Assembly (NCBI GenBank): GCA_030156575.1
Contig: JASGMG010000001.1
Span: 1 to 56,787 of the forward strand
Length of the DNA: 56,787 bases
Direction of reading: 5' to 3'
Source: Patescibacteria group bacterium
Lineage (GTDB): Bacteria > Patescibacteriota > Saccharimonadia > Saccharimonadales > Saccharimonadaceae
Positions 20,265 through 29,736 of this stretch are shown here, piece after piece. A program made the translations under genes and the position numbers. The notes under the pieces are model-generated. The model was not told the origin of the DNA and did not search any database. It saw nothing but the letters and a program-made list of their open reading frames with translations. Numbering within the stretch: the stretch's first letter is position 1; the number at the start of each line of letters is the position of its first letter.

Positions 20265-22687
20265 AATTTAATTACCATAGTTTTCGTAGCGAGAAGGCGC
20301 GAATAAGTATTAAATTTAATAAGACATTATTAACTATATTATTTATTACAGCTTTATCATTAGTTATTTCTGGATTTATATTTATTGTTCTTGAGATGTC
20401 TTTTGGTTGGACATTAATAGGTTTCTCATTTGTGCCTGCTATGATGATTGAATGGTATAATGGGGAGCTTCATCACCTAAGTGCCTTAAAAGAGTCAAAG
20501 CAAATTGATGATTTGTTGTCTGGTGAAGTATTAGGCTATATGTCAAAGAGTCCAACGCCACGACAGGTTGCTGGATTATTAGCTAGAACTCCTGGTGGTA
20601 GGTTTTTTGCAGTTAGATTTGGTATTGCCTCTAACTTTTTGCAAGATTTATCGTCAGACAATAAAGATGATATGCAGATGGTTTGGCAAGAAGCGGTGGC
20701 TTTACGTAAAATAACTGATAGTAGAAACTTATCAGCAGCTATATTGGTAGTTGCACTTTTAAAATGTTCTGCTAATTATCAAGTCTTAATTAGCCATTTA
20801 CAATTGGATATTGATGACTTAATCCGTGGAATAGAATGGTATGATCATTTGCGAGGTTTAATCGAACAGGGTCACAGTCCTAGAAGAACTGGCGGAATAG
20901 CTCGGGATTGGTCATTCGGCTGGACTCCATTACTTAGTCGTTTTGGACAAAACATTAGTCAACAAATAGGCAATAGTGGAACGCTTTTTACTAGTTTAGC
21001 TACTCATTCTGAATCGCTCGATCAAGTTATAAATATATTTAGAAAAAATGGACGTCAAAATGCAGTATTAGTTGGTCCTTCTGGCGCTGGAAAAACTGAA
21101 ATTATTCATGCATTTGCTTCAAGGTTACTTGATGGATCAGCAGACATACCACCTAATTTAAGGTTTAATCAGGTGTTTATACTAGATTCGTCGGCATTGA
21201 TCGCAGCTGCGCCTGGACGTGGAGAGTTAGAGCAATTAATACCACGTATCTTAGTTGAAGCTTATAAAGCTAAAAATATAATAATATGTTTAGATAATGC
21301 ACAATTATTTTTTGAAGATGGCGTGGGATCTGTAGACATAACTAATACACTTCTACCAATTATTGAGGCTGGTAATCTACGAATATTATTAACAATGGAT
21401 GAGCAACGTTATTTAAGAATAAGTAGACGAAGCCCCGAACTTATTAATGCATTGAATCGAATTTCTATCAATCCGGTTGATCGGGCAGAAACTATAGCAG
21501 TTATACAAGACAAGTCTATATTAATTGAATTTCAACATCATGTAACATTTATGTATCAGTCGTTTGTTGAGGCTTATTGTTTAGGTGATCGTTATGTTCA
21601 CGAGCTTGCTATGCCTGGGAAAGCTATAAAATTATTAGAATCAGCAGCTAATTATAGTGAAGGCGGTTTAGTTACTGCTGAATCAGTTAGACAGTCCATT
21701 GAGAAGACGCTTGGTATAAAAGTTAGTGTAGCAACAGGCAACGATGAGCGTGAGAAGCTACTTAATTTGGAGAGCCTAATTCATAAACGTATGATTAACC
21801 AGACTAGAGCAGTAAAGGTCGTATCTGATGCCCTTAGAAGGGCTCGTACTGGTGTTCGTAATCAAAGCCGACCTATTGGTACTTTCTTGTTTTTGGGCCC
21901 AACTGGTGTTGGTAAGTCAGAACTTGCTAAAGCATTAGCTGATGTTTATTTTGGAGGTGAAGATAGGATTATACGTCTTGATATGAATGAATACACTAGC
22001 AATAATGATGTTGCTCGTTTAATTGCTGATGGTGCTGACAATACACATAGTTTGACTGCACGTGTTATGAAGCAACCGTTTAGTGTTATTTTGCTTGATG
22101 AGATAGAGAAAGCTCATCCGAATATTTTATCTACTTTTTTACAAATGCTTGATGAAGGAGTTTTACGTGATGTAAAGAACCGTGAGATAAGTTTTCGTGA
22201 TGCAATAGTTATTGCAACTAGTAACGCTGGTGCTGATAGGATTCGTGAATATATTGAACGAGGTTATGACGTCGAGCAATTTGAAAGTCAATTTGTGGAT
22301 GAACTAATTAATAGTAATCAATTTCGTCCTGAATTCTTGAATCGTTTTGATGAGATTGTTATGTTTAGGCCTCTTAACAAGCCGGAATTATTGCAAGTTG
22401 TTGATTTGATGCTAAATAGTGTAAATAAAACTTTGGCGTCTCAAAAAATTAGTGTTAATGTTGCGAGCGATGCAAAAGAATATCTAGTTGAAGCTGGTTA
22501 CGACCCGAGATTAGGCGCTCGTCCGATGAGGCGCGTTATCCAGCGTGCAGTTGAGAATACAGTTGCCAAACAAATGCTAAGTGGTGATGTTACTCCAGGC
22601 AGTGTAATTGAAGTATCTCTTACTCAAGTAAGACAATTGTTAGATTCAAAATCTAAAGCGCAAACTTTAATTAATGAAAAACGATAA
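20252..22687 (+). CDS. Clp/Hsp100-family AAA+ ATPase with N-terminal transmembrane helices
   Basis: D1 GPSGAGKT; D2 GPTGVGKS, LDEIEKAHP, FRPEFLNR, GARP; two N-terminal TM segments. Confidence 0.88.
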   Translation: MEDLKFNYHSFRSEKARISIKFNKTLLTILFITALSLVISGFIFIVLEMSFGWTLIGFSFVPAMMIEWYNGELHHLSALKESKQIDDLLSGEVLGYMSKSPTPRQVAGLLARTPGGRFFAVRFGIASNFLQDLSSDNKDDMQMVWQEAVALRKITDSRNLSAAILVVALLKCSANYQVLISHLQLDIDDLIRGIEWYDHLRGLIEQGHSPRRTGGIARDWSFGWTPLLSRFGQNISQQIGNSGTLFTSLATHSESLDQVINIFRKNGRQNAVLVGPSGAGKTEIIHAFASRLLDGSADIPPNLRFNQVFILDSSALIAAAPGRGELEQLIPRILVEAYKAKNIIICLDNAQLFFEDGVGSVDITNTLLPIIEAGNLRILLTMDEQRYLRISRRSPELINALNRISINPVDRAETIAVIQDKSILIEFQHHVTFMYQSFVEAYCLGDRYVHELAMPGKAIKLLESAANYSEGGLVTAESVRQSIEKTLGIKVSVATGNDEREKLLNLESLIHKRMINQTRAVKVVSDALRRARTGVRNQSRPIGTFLFLGPTGVGKSELAKALADVYFGGEDRIIRLDMNEYTSNNDVARLIADGADNTHSLTARVMKQPFSVILLDEIEKAHPNILSTFLQMLDEGVLRDVKNREISFRDAIVIATSNAGADRIREYIERGYDVEQFESQFVDELINSNQFRPEFLNRFDEIVMFRPLNKPELLQVVDLMLNSVNKTLASQKISVNVASDAKEYLVEAGYDPRLGARPMRRVIQRAVENTVAKQMLSGDVTPGSVIEVSLTQVRQLLDSKSKAQTLINEKR

Positions 22688-22706
22688 AGTTAGACATTAG
22701 CCTATC

Positions 22707-22735
22707 TTGACATGTGATGTTCTCGGATTTATTCT
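22707..22735 (+). promoter_or_regulatory. Sigma70-type promoter of hsp20
   Basis: TTGACA-N17-TATTCT; SD AAGGAGG before ATG 22787. Confidence 0.65.
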
Positions 22736-22786
22736 AGATATAGAGGAAATTAATTTTCTCGGTAGAATTTAAAAAAGGAGGTTATT

Positions 22787-23212
22787 ATGAGTGACTTAAT
22801 TAAATTTGATCCATTTGCAGAGATGCAAGCACTTCAACGGCAGTTTCTTTCGGATGATTGGATTATGCCAATGAAGAATTTACGAATGCCAACAACAGAC
22901 GTGTATACCGAAGAAGGTAAGCAGTTAACAGTTGAAGCACATTTACCGAATTTTGAAGAAAAAGATGTTAATATCCAAGTAGATAAAGGTGCTCTTGTTA
23001 TACAGGCCGAGAAGCACGAAAAAGAGAAAGACAAAACTAAAAAGTATGTAGTTCGAGAAAGTAGTAGTAGTTTCTATCGTAGGATTCGTTTACCAGAAAT
23101 AGCTGACGAAGACAAGATTGAGGCGAGTATGAAAGACGGCGTCTTAAAAGTCACTGTTCAATTTAAGGAACTACCAGAACCAAAGAAAATTACAATTAAA
23201 AGTGGCAAATAA
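22787..23212 (+). CDS. Small heat shock protein Hsp20/alpha-crystallin
   Basis: PTTDVY, FYRRIRLP, ASMKDGVLKV motifs. Confidence 0.93.
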   Translation: MSDLIKFDPFAEMQALQRQFLSDDWIMPMKNLRMPTTDVYTEEGKQLTVEAHLPNFEEKDVNIQVDKGALVIQAEKHEKEKDKTKKYVVRESSSSFYRRIRLPEIADEDKIEASMKDGVLKVTVQFKELPEPKKITIKSGK

Positions 23213-23300
23213 GATTTCTTTAGCGGGGTCTTGTAGACGTTGCTTATATAGATAATTAAATCGTTTCGATAAGTTATTTGTATCCGTATCGAGCTTTTTA

Positions 23301-23341
23301 ACACTAACTCGCTTATAAGAAGGGTAAAAGCGAGTTAGTGT
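23301..23341. terminator. 14-bp hairpin downstream of hsp20
   Basis: ACACTAACTCGCTT-N13-AAGCGAGTTAGTGT; no clear U-tract. Confidence 0.45.
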
Positions 23342-23431
23342 CATTGGAAGTAATTTACTGGGAAAAGCCCTTTAGATAAGTAAGTTTTGATTGATGGATT
23401 TAATTATCTATCGGTTGTATAATGTGTTCTC

Positions 23432-23989
23432 ATGAATGTATGTATATTTTGTTCGTCGAATAATCTTGAAAATAAATATCTAGAACCAGCTAAAAAGTTA
23501 GCCAATATGTTTATAAGTGCTAAATATAACATGGTTTATGGTGGGTCTGACTATGGACTTATGCAATTTATGGCAGATATTATGCAAGAGGGCGGTAGGA
23601 AAATAATTGGCGTGACTATCCCTGTTTATGCAGAAGACCTTCGCGAGAAGGCTGACGAGAAGATAATTGCAAAAGATTTAAGTGATCGAAAAAGAATTAT
23701 TCTTGATCGATCTGATGCGATAGTAGTTTTAATTGGTGGAATTGGCACGATTGATGAGTTGTTTGAAGTTATGGAGCTGAAGAGACAAGGTTGTCACGAC
23801 AAGCCAATTATCGTATTAAATACCGACGGTTTCTATGACGGATTAATTATGCAACTTAATAGAATTGAAAAAGAGAATTTGTTTAAGGCAGGTGATGATA
23901 GAAATAAGAAAATCAGTACTTTAAGCAAATTTATTCAGTTTGTTGATACACCAGAACAGGCTATGGAAATAATAAATAGACATTTATAA
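23432..23989 (+). CDS. LOG-family nucleotide phosphoribohydrolase (TIGR00730-like)
   Basis: VCIFCSS, VYGGS..GLM, RK, GGIGTIDE, KPI..LN..GFYD. Confidence 0.88.
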   Translation: MNVCIFCSSNNLENKYLEPAKKLANMFISAKYNMVYGGSDYGLMQFMADIMQEGGRKIIGVTIPVYAEDLREKADEKIIAKDLSDRKRIILDRSDAIVVLIGGIGTIDELFEVMELKRQGCHDKPIIVLNTDGFYDGLIMQLNRIEKENLFKAGDDRNKKISTLSKFIQFVDTPEQAMEIINRHL

Positions 23990-24117
23990 TAGATATTTTA
24001 TTCTGATCATAATATTAGTGAGCCTAATACAATAAAACTAGCTTCCATCCATTAACTAGAATGGGTTGATAATATTTATTGAATAGCCTCACTAACATAA
24101 GATTACTTATTCTAAAT

Positions 24118-25326
24118 TTAGTGCTTTTGAAATACTTTTTTTAATGAAATGCGATTTGTATATTCGAGTGCTCCATATTGAAAAAGGCGAATAGCTATCG
24201 TTAGTATAACGATAGCACTAATTGCTAATATAGTTATTCCTGTGATTGTTTCGAACGTAGTTAAATTACCAATGGCATTTCTGAGTAACATAGGTATTGG
24301 CGCTGTAAGAGGGAATAATGTTAAGAACTTTACGATATTCGAAGTTGGTGCTGACACAAAAAGACTTACTGCATATAATGGGCCGAACATCATTATCATT
24401 ACAACCCCAAAGAACCCGTTTGCTTCTTTTGCAGTAGGTACGGCAGAGCCGATTGCGACTAGTAAACCTGTGATCATCAAAAAACTTAGTATGAATATAA
24501 TCGCGGCTATTGCTATGCGCGTAGGATCTAGCGGGATGTTGCTTAAATCGAAATTTGGTAATGACAGCGCGTTATGGAAAAGTACGTAGGCAATAATAGT
24601 TGGAATTAGAATTATAGCTACCTGGAAAAATGCAAGAATAATTAATGATATGATCTTACCCATTATCAGTGTTCTAGCTTTGATTGTCGTTAGTATTATT
24701 TCGATTACTCTATTTTCTTTCTCTTCTGTCGTACTTGATAACATTTGATTTCCAAAAGTCACAATTAATATATAGAATAATACAAGAAATATTCCTGGTG
24801 CTATTATTTCTTTATATCCATCGAATTGGAGGCCGTTTTTATATAGTATAGAATTAAAGCCTATGGAATCTTTTAATACGGCTGTTGTTTGTGTGTCAGT
24901 TACGCTCTCGACAGATTGTTGTAGAATAGTTTTAGCTACACCTTCGTAACGACCATTATCAAAAATACCTGCCTCAGCTGCATAAATTTCAACTTTGTTA
25001 TTAACCAAATCATCTGGGTAGTAAAAATAAGCATCTATTTTGCCATCAGAAACATCTTTTATGGCTGCTTGTTTATTATCCGACTCCGTTGCTTTGTGTT
25101 GTTTTATTAATTCTTTATTAATTAGGCCACTATCGTCTGTTATCATAAATGAGAATTTTTGATTTATTGTGTTTTCTGCCGCGTTTTTTGTTGAAATATT
25201 AGAGAAATATATAATTGCGAAGATTAGTCCAATACCTATAGGGAAAGCGACTGCCGTTATCCAAAAGGATTTTCTCTTAAGCGTACGCATTATTTCAAAC
25301 CACAATACAGTTCCTAGATTATACAT
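24118..25326 (-). CDS. ABC-2 type transporter permease (NatB/YhaP-like)
   Basis: EEKENRVIEIIL..GKI motif, about 6 TM; start likely 25326 after SD AAGGA, overlapping the ATPase stop. Confidence 0.88.
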   Translation of the reverse strand: MYNLGTVLWFEIMRTLKRKSFWITAVAFPIGIGLIFAIIYFSNISTKNAAENTINQKFSFMITDDSGLINKELIKQHKATESDNKQAAIKDVSDGKIDAYFYYPDDLVNNKVEIYAAEAGIFDNGRYEGVAKTILQQSVESVTDTQTTAVLKDSIGFNSILYKNGLQFDGYKEIIAPGIFLVLFYILIVTFGNQMLSSTTEEKENRVIEIILTTIKARTLIMGKIISLIILAFFQVAIILIPTIIAYVLFHNALSLPNFDLSNIPLDPTRIAIAAIIFILSFLMITGLLVAIGSAVPTAKEANGFFGVVMIMMFGPLYAVSLFVSAPTSNIVKFLTLFPLTAPIPMLLRNAIGNLTTFETITGITILAISAIVILTIAIRLFQYGALEYTNRISLKKVFQKH

Positions 25327-26104
25327 TGTTATTCCTTTCGATTTCTTCGTTCTCGTCTCCATATACTTTGATGAATATATCATCAAGTGATAGATTATTA
25401 AATTCTCGTTTAACGTCTTTGACCGTACCGTAAGCTCGTGCTACTCCATCTTTTAACAATATTATTCTATCGCAAAGTTGTTCAACTTCTTCCATTTGAT
25501 GTGTGATGAACATAATCGTAGCTCCAGCTTTGTTATGTTCCTGAATAATATCCATTAAAAGACGACGATTCACAGGATCGAACCCTTTTGTTGGCTCATC
25601 TAATATTAATAATTCAGGATCGTCTATAATGGTGATACCTAATTGAATCTTTTGTTGTTGTCCTCCAGATAGCTTATCTATTTTAACTGACGCCATATCT
25701 ATTAGTTTGACTCTTCTTAGATAAGTTTCTGCTCTATCTTTTGCTTCAGCTTTTTGAAGCCCTTTTAACTGACCAAAATATGTCATTACGTCTATGACGG
25801 TTTCTTTTCTATAAAAGCCTCTTTCTTCTGGTAAATATCCAAGTTTTATATCAGATGGTATAGAAAATGGTTTATTTCCGATATTTAAAATGCCTGATGT
25901 TGGTTTATATATACCGAGTAGGGCGCGAATTGTAGTGGTTTTGCCTGAACCATTACTACCTAAAAATCCAAACACTTCCCCTTTATACACATCGAATGAC
26001 AAGTCTTTAATGACGGTTTTATTACCAAAGTTCATTTTGAAATGATTAATATTAATTATGGGTTCTGGAGTTGTTGAAGTTATTTTCGTTTGTTTAGCGT
26101 TCAT
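25319..26104 (-). CDS. ABC transporter ATP-binding protein
   Basis: GSNGSGKTT, GYLPEERG, LSGGQ, ILDEP. Confidence 0.95.
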   Translation of the reverse strand: MNAKQTKITSTTPEPIININHFKMNFGNKTVIKDLSFDVYKGEVFGFLGSNGSGKTTTIRALLGIYKPTSGILNIGNKPFSIPSDIKLGYLPEERGFYRKETVIDVMTYFGQLKGLQKAEAKDRAETYLRRVKLIDMASVKIDKLSGGQQQKIQLGITIIDDPELLILDEPTKGFDPVNRRLLMDIIQEHNKAGATIMFITHQMEEVEQLCDRIILLKDGVARAYGTVKDVKREFNNLSLDDIFIKVYGDENEEIERNNNV

Positions 26105-26177
26105 ATGATAATTATACCAGGTTAAGATAATGCATAATCAATTTACATAATTCAAGTTTTCGATTTTTGATTATGTA

Positions 26178-26597
26178 ATGTGCTTACTAGAACTGATGAA
26201 ATATTCAAGCGAATTTAAAGGAACGTCTTATTGGGAAATACTTGAAAATATGTTCCGATTGGATGAATACCAACAAGCGATTAATTCTCTCAAAATGAGC
26301 TCGACTGCTAATTTTTATCCGTATTCCAGAGAGACTGGTAAAATAAATTTAGTTCCGCGCAAAATTGTGCCAACTGATTTTATAATATTCAACACAAGTA
26401 TTATGCTTGGACGAATGGATTATATAATTATGGTTGATATGACACAAGATAATATTATCAAGAGAAAGTTGTTGCGGGATAAAGATATCAGAACACCTGA
26501 CCAAATAGTTGAAATGCATAGGGGTATTATTGGACTAATAGGGGTAGGCCAGACAATCCTGATGTTATTATTGATAATAATGATTTTGATAACGTAA
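26178..26597 (+). CDS. Hypothetical ORF, possibly a gene remnant
   Basis: 139-codon ORF next to the tRNA-Arg 3' end; no recognisable motif or start signal. Confidence 0.25.
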   Translation: MCLLELMKYSSEFKGTSYWEILENMFRLDEYQQAINSLKMSSTANFYPYSRETGKINLVPRKIVPTDFIIFNTSIMLGRMDYIIMVDMTQDNIIKRKLLRDKDIRTPDQIVEMHRGIIGLIGVGQTILMLLLIIMILIT

Positions 26598-26652
26598 AAA
26601 TTATCGATAGCGCTATATAAACTATTAGTAAATAATTTATACATAAGCGTCT

Positions 26653-26728
26653 TGGTACCCCGGGTTGGGATCGAACCAACGACCTTAGGCTTAGAAGTCC
26701 TCTGCTCTATCCACTGAGCTACCGGGGC
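26653..26728 (-). tRNA. tRNA-Arg(TCT)
   Basis: GCCCCGG TA GCTC AGTGGATA GAGC...CTTCTAA...GGTTCGATCC...ACCA; anticodon stem imperfect. Confidence 0.88.
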
Positions 26729-26824
26729 GTGTTTTTATGTACCATAGTTATTATATCAAAATTATGGATATATCTTAAAGCAAATATAGGGTATAATTGG
26801 TTCTATCAAGAAGGAGGGTAAAAT

Positions 26825-27235
26825 ATGACAAATATAATTGATAATGGTCCAAACCCATTTGTATCAAATATTGAAACATTGACGTTGGAAAATGATAACT
26901 ACAGAACAACTTTGTGGACTGGGGCGAATCTTCAAATTACGTTGATGTCGATCTTACCAGGACATGATATCGGATTAGAAGTACACATGGATCATGACCA
27001 ATTCTTACGCATAGAACAAGGTCAAGCAACAGTCCAAATGGGAACAGACAAGAATAATCTAGAGACATGGCAGGCTAGTGATAACGATGCAATAATTGTG
27101 CCGGCTAGCACATGGCATAATGTTATAAACAACGGAGAAGAATTACTAAAAGTATATTCAATTTATGCACCACCAGAGCATCCACATGGAACAATCCACG
27201 TTACCAAAGAAGACGCTGACAAGAGTGAGCAGTAA
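26825..27235 (+). CDS. Cupin domain protein
   Basis: IGLEVH..HDQF..IEQG and PASTWHNV motifs; SD AAGGAGG. Confidence 0.9.
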   Translation: MTNIIDNGPNPFVSNIETLTLENDNYRTTLWTGANLQITLMSILPGHDIGLEVHMDHDQFLRIEQGQATVQMGTDKNNLETWQASDNDAIIVPASTWHNVINNGEELLKVYSIYAPPEHPHGTIHVTKEDADKSEQ

Positions 27236-27424
27236 AACAATAAATTGATTTCGACAAATTTAATTATTTTAACGGCAGATATATAATGTTAACGCTCGGA
27301 TAGATTAAGCATTGGATTATTTGTGGGTTATAATAGTATTTTAGACTATTAATGTCTAAACCTTTCTCGTATTTGTTTTGATATAACAAATAAGACATCT
27401 CTCTATATATGTTTATAATAATGA

Positions 27425-27451
27425 AAGACGCCAGAATGGCTCTGGCGTCTT
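27425..27451 (-). terminator. Terminator hairpin after tRNA-Gly
   Basis: AAGACGCCAGA-N5-TCTGGCGTCTT. Confidence 0.65.
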
Positions 27452-27465
27452 AGGTGCTTCATCTG

Positions 27466-27540
27466 TGGTGCGGGCGGAGAGAATCGAACTCTCATCGTTT
27501 GCTTGGAAGGCAGACATATTAGCCGTTATACGACGCCCGC
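27466..27540 (-). tRNA. tRNA-Gly(TCC)
   Basis: GCGGGCG...CTTCCAA...GAGAGTTCGATTCTCTCCGCCCGCACCA. Confidence 0.93.
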
Positions 27541-27646
27541 ATGTTTCGTTAGTTATTATATCAGTAATTACATTACTATAAAAGTTTAATATATATTTTA
27601 ATATTAACTTTAATCTGTTACAATTGCTATTGTCACAAATGATTAT

Positions 27647-27724
27647 GGCGAATGTAGCTCATCTGGTTAGAGCGCCGGGTTGTGGTTCCGGAGGTAGTGG
27701 GTTCGATCCCCATCGTTCGCCCCA
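27647..27724 (+). tRNA. tRNA-His(GTG) with encoded G-1
   Basis: G-GCGAATG...CCGGG-TTGTGGT-TCCGG...CGTTCGC-C-CCA. Confidence 0.95.
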
Positions 27725-27760
27725 ATAAAAAACAAGACTAAAAGAGTCTTGTTTTTTATT
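27724..27760 (+). terminator. Terminator after tRNA-His
   Basis: AATAAAAAACAAGACT-N5-AGTCTTGTTTTTTATT. Confidence 0.7.
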
Positions 27761-27815
27761 AAATGACGAGTTGACTAATCTATCGTATTGATTATAATCA
27801 TAAGTATAATAAATT

Positions 27816-28133
27816 ATGGATTTAAATAAATACGTAGTTAATAATGATAGTAGTAAATCATTTCATAGCAATGGCTTTGCTAAAGTTGCTAATGGAGATC
27901 GAATAGGGTCAGCTACACCGGAGTCGTTTAAGCAACGACGTCAGATTGACAATAATCGTCGGATTATTGGTGCTTATAGTCGTTCATCTATTGGAAATAT
28001 GCGTAGTGTTGTGAGACCTATGCCAGTTATCGCTTCACGGGCTAGATTTGTAAAAACTACAAACATTAGGCCGGCTGCGCAACAACATAATATCGTTGCC
28101 CAGGCTAGGCGCACTTATAATCCTTACGCTTAA
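27816..28133 (+). CDS. Small basic hypothetical protein
   Basis: 105-codon Arg-rich ORF with TATAAT immediately upstream. Confidence 0.6.
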   Translation: MDLNKYVVNNDSSKSFHSNGFAKVANGDRIGSATPESFKQRRQIDNNRRIIGAYSRSSIGNMRSVVRPMPVIASRARFVKTTNIRPAAQQHNIVAQARRTYNPYA

Positions 28134-29659
28134 ATCTCGCGTAAAGTTTCAATATCTGCTCCAAGTGTATTTAGTCTGTTAGCAAAATCTTCGTAGCCAC
28201 GATTAATTGAATATACGTCACGCAAAATAGAGCGTCCAGGAGCGGCTAGCATAGCTAACATAATAACAACGGATGGTCTTAGTGCTGGTGGTGATATAAC
28301 GTCGGCTGATTTCCATTTCGTTGGGCCCGTTATGTAAACTCGATGTGGATCGACAAGTTCTATTTTTGCATTTAGTTTACTTAACTCTGTAAAATATATT
28401 GCTCGATTCTCATATGACCAATCATGAAGCAATGTCCGCCCGTTTGCTACAGTTGCAATTAGACCTAAGAATGGTAGGTTATCCATGTTTACACCTGGAA
28501 ATGGCATACTATGTAGCTTATCTTTAGGAGCTTGTAATTTAGATCGTAAAATTTTAATATCAACCAGACGTGTTTCACCGTTATTGGCTTTATATTCTTC
28601 ACTTATCTCACTTTGTAGCCCCATATTCTTTAATATAGAAAGTTCAATTTCTATAAATTCAATTGGTGCGCGTTTGATTGTGACCTCAGAGTCTGTAACC
28701 AAGCTGGCTGCTATTAAGCTCATAGCTTCGATAGGATCCTCGCTAGGGAAGTAATCAACATTTTTATTTATATCACGAACACCATGGATTTTAAGAGTAG
28801 TTGTCCCAATCCCATCAATTTTTATTCCTAATTTTTGTAAGAAAAAGCATAAATCTTGAACCATATAATTAGGACTAGCGTTTCGAATTGTAACCTCGCC
28901 ATCGTAAAGAGCTGATGCCATAATTACATTTTCAGTTGCAGTATCGCCACGTTCTGTTAACAATATAGCATTGGTAATTGGTTTTTTTTGAACGGTAGCA
29001 TGATAACAATTTCCATTCGTATCTACATTTAGTCCAAATGGAGCTAGTCCCATCATATGAGGCTCGATTGTACGCACTCCAAGATTACATCCGCCTGCGA
29101 ATGGTAGCTTGAATTCTTTATATTGATGTAGTAACGGCCCTAAGAGCATAATGACAGTGCGTGTTCGTTTAGCTGCTTCAACATCCATATTTTCGAGTTT
29201 TAGCCGTGCTGGTGGTGTAATTTCAAGATCATTTTTTTCATTTAACCAACGTATTTTTACTCCTATACTTTGGAGTACGTCTATGATGCGATTCACTTCT
29301 TCGATCCGTGCTACGCGTCTAATTGTAGTTGTGCCACGATTCAAAAGACTAGCACAAAGTAATGCAACCGCTGCATTTTTGCTAGTTTTGATTTCAATTT
29401 CTCCAGATAATTTCTTACCACCATTTATTCTGAAATTGATTTTACCAGATTGATTTAAACTGACTATTTCACTTGATAGAACCTCACTAATGCGAGCTAA
29501 CATCTCAAGGCTGATATTTTGCCCACCTTTCTCTATGCGATTAATAGCACTTTGGCTAGTGTTTAATGCTTTGGCTAGTTGAGTTTGAGTTAATCCTCGA
29601 GATTGTCTCGTTTCTTGGATTAATGTTCCAATTTTAGATTTATAATCATCATTTGTCAT
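28130..29659 (-). CDS. murA: XRE-type HTH fused to UDP-N-acetylglucosamine 1-carboxyvinyltransferase
   Basis: N-terminal RGLTQTQLAKAL.TSQSAINRIEKG HTH; MurA motifs SKNAA, GGCNLG.R, ATEN, INRGYE. Confidence 0.9.
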   Translation of the reverse strand: MTNDDYKSKIGTLIQETRQSRGLTQTQLAKALNTSQSAINRIEKGGQNISLEMLARISEVLSSEIVSLNQSGKINFRINGGKKLSGEIEIKTSKNAAVALLCASLLNRGTTTIRRVARIEEVNRIIDVLQSIGVKIRWLNEKNDLEITPPARLKLENMDVEAAKRTRTVIMLLGPLLHQYKEFKLPFAGGCNLGVRTIEPHMMGLAPFGLNVDTNGNCYHATVQKKPITNAILLTERGDTATENVIMASALYDGEVTIRNASPNYMVQDLCFFLQKLGIKIDGIGTTTLKIHGVRDINKNVDYFPSEDPIEAMSLIAASLVTDSEVTIKRAPIEFIEIELSILKNMGLQSEISEEYKANNGETRLVDIKILRSKLQAPKDKLHSMPFPGVNMDNLPFLGLIATVANGRTLLHDWSYENRAIYFTELSKLNAKIELVDPHRVYITGPTKWKSADVISPPALRPSVVIMLAMLAAPGRSILRDVYSINRGYEDFANRLNTLGADIETLREI

Positions 29660-29666
29660 ATTACTT

Positions 29667-29695
29667 ATGATATATCACTAATGGTATATCGTCAA
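29667..29695 (-). promoter_or_regulatory. murA promoter overlapped by a 22-bp operator-like palindrome
   Basis: Minus strand TTGACG-N17-TATCAT-N7-ATG; GATATATCA-CTAA-TGGTATATC at 29669-29690. Confidence 0.65.
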
Positions 29696-29736
29696 TTGGT
29701 GTATAATTAAACAAAAGTAGGAGGAAAACAATAATT

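Noticed and set aside
22697..22725. CIRCE (HrcA) operator before hsp20
   Set aside because: Only TTAGC matches; the right arm GAGTGCTAA is absent
23301..23341. Integron attC site (CACTAAC...GTTAGTG)
   Set aside because: Too short, does not fit RYYYAAC/GTTRRRY, has no extrahelical bases, and no integrase is present
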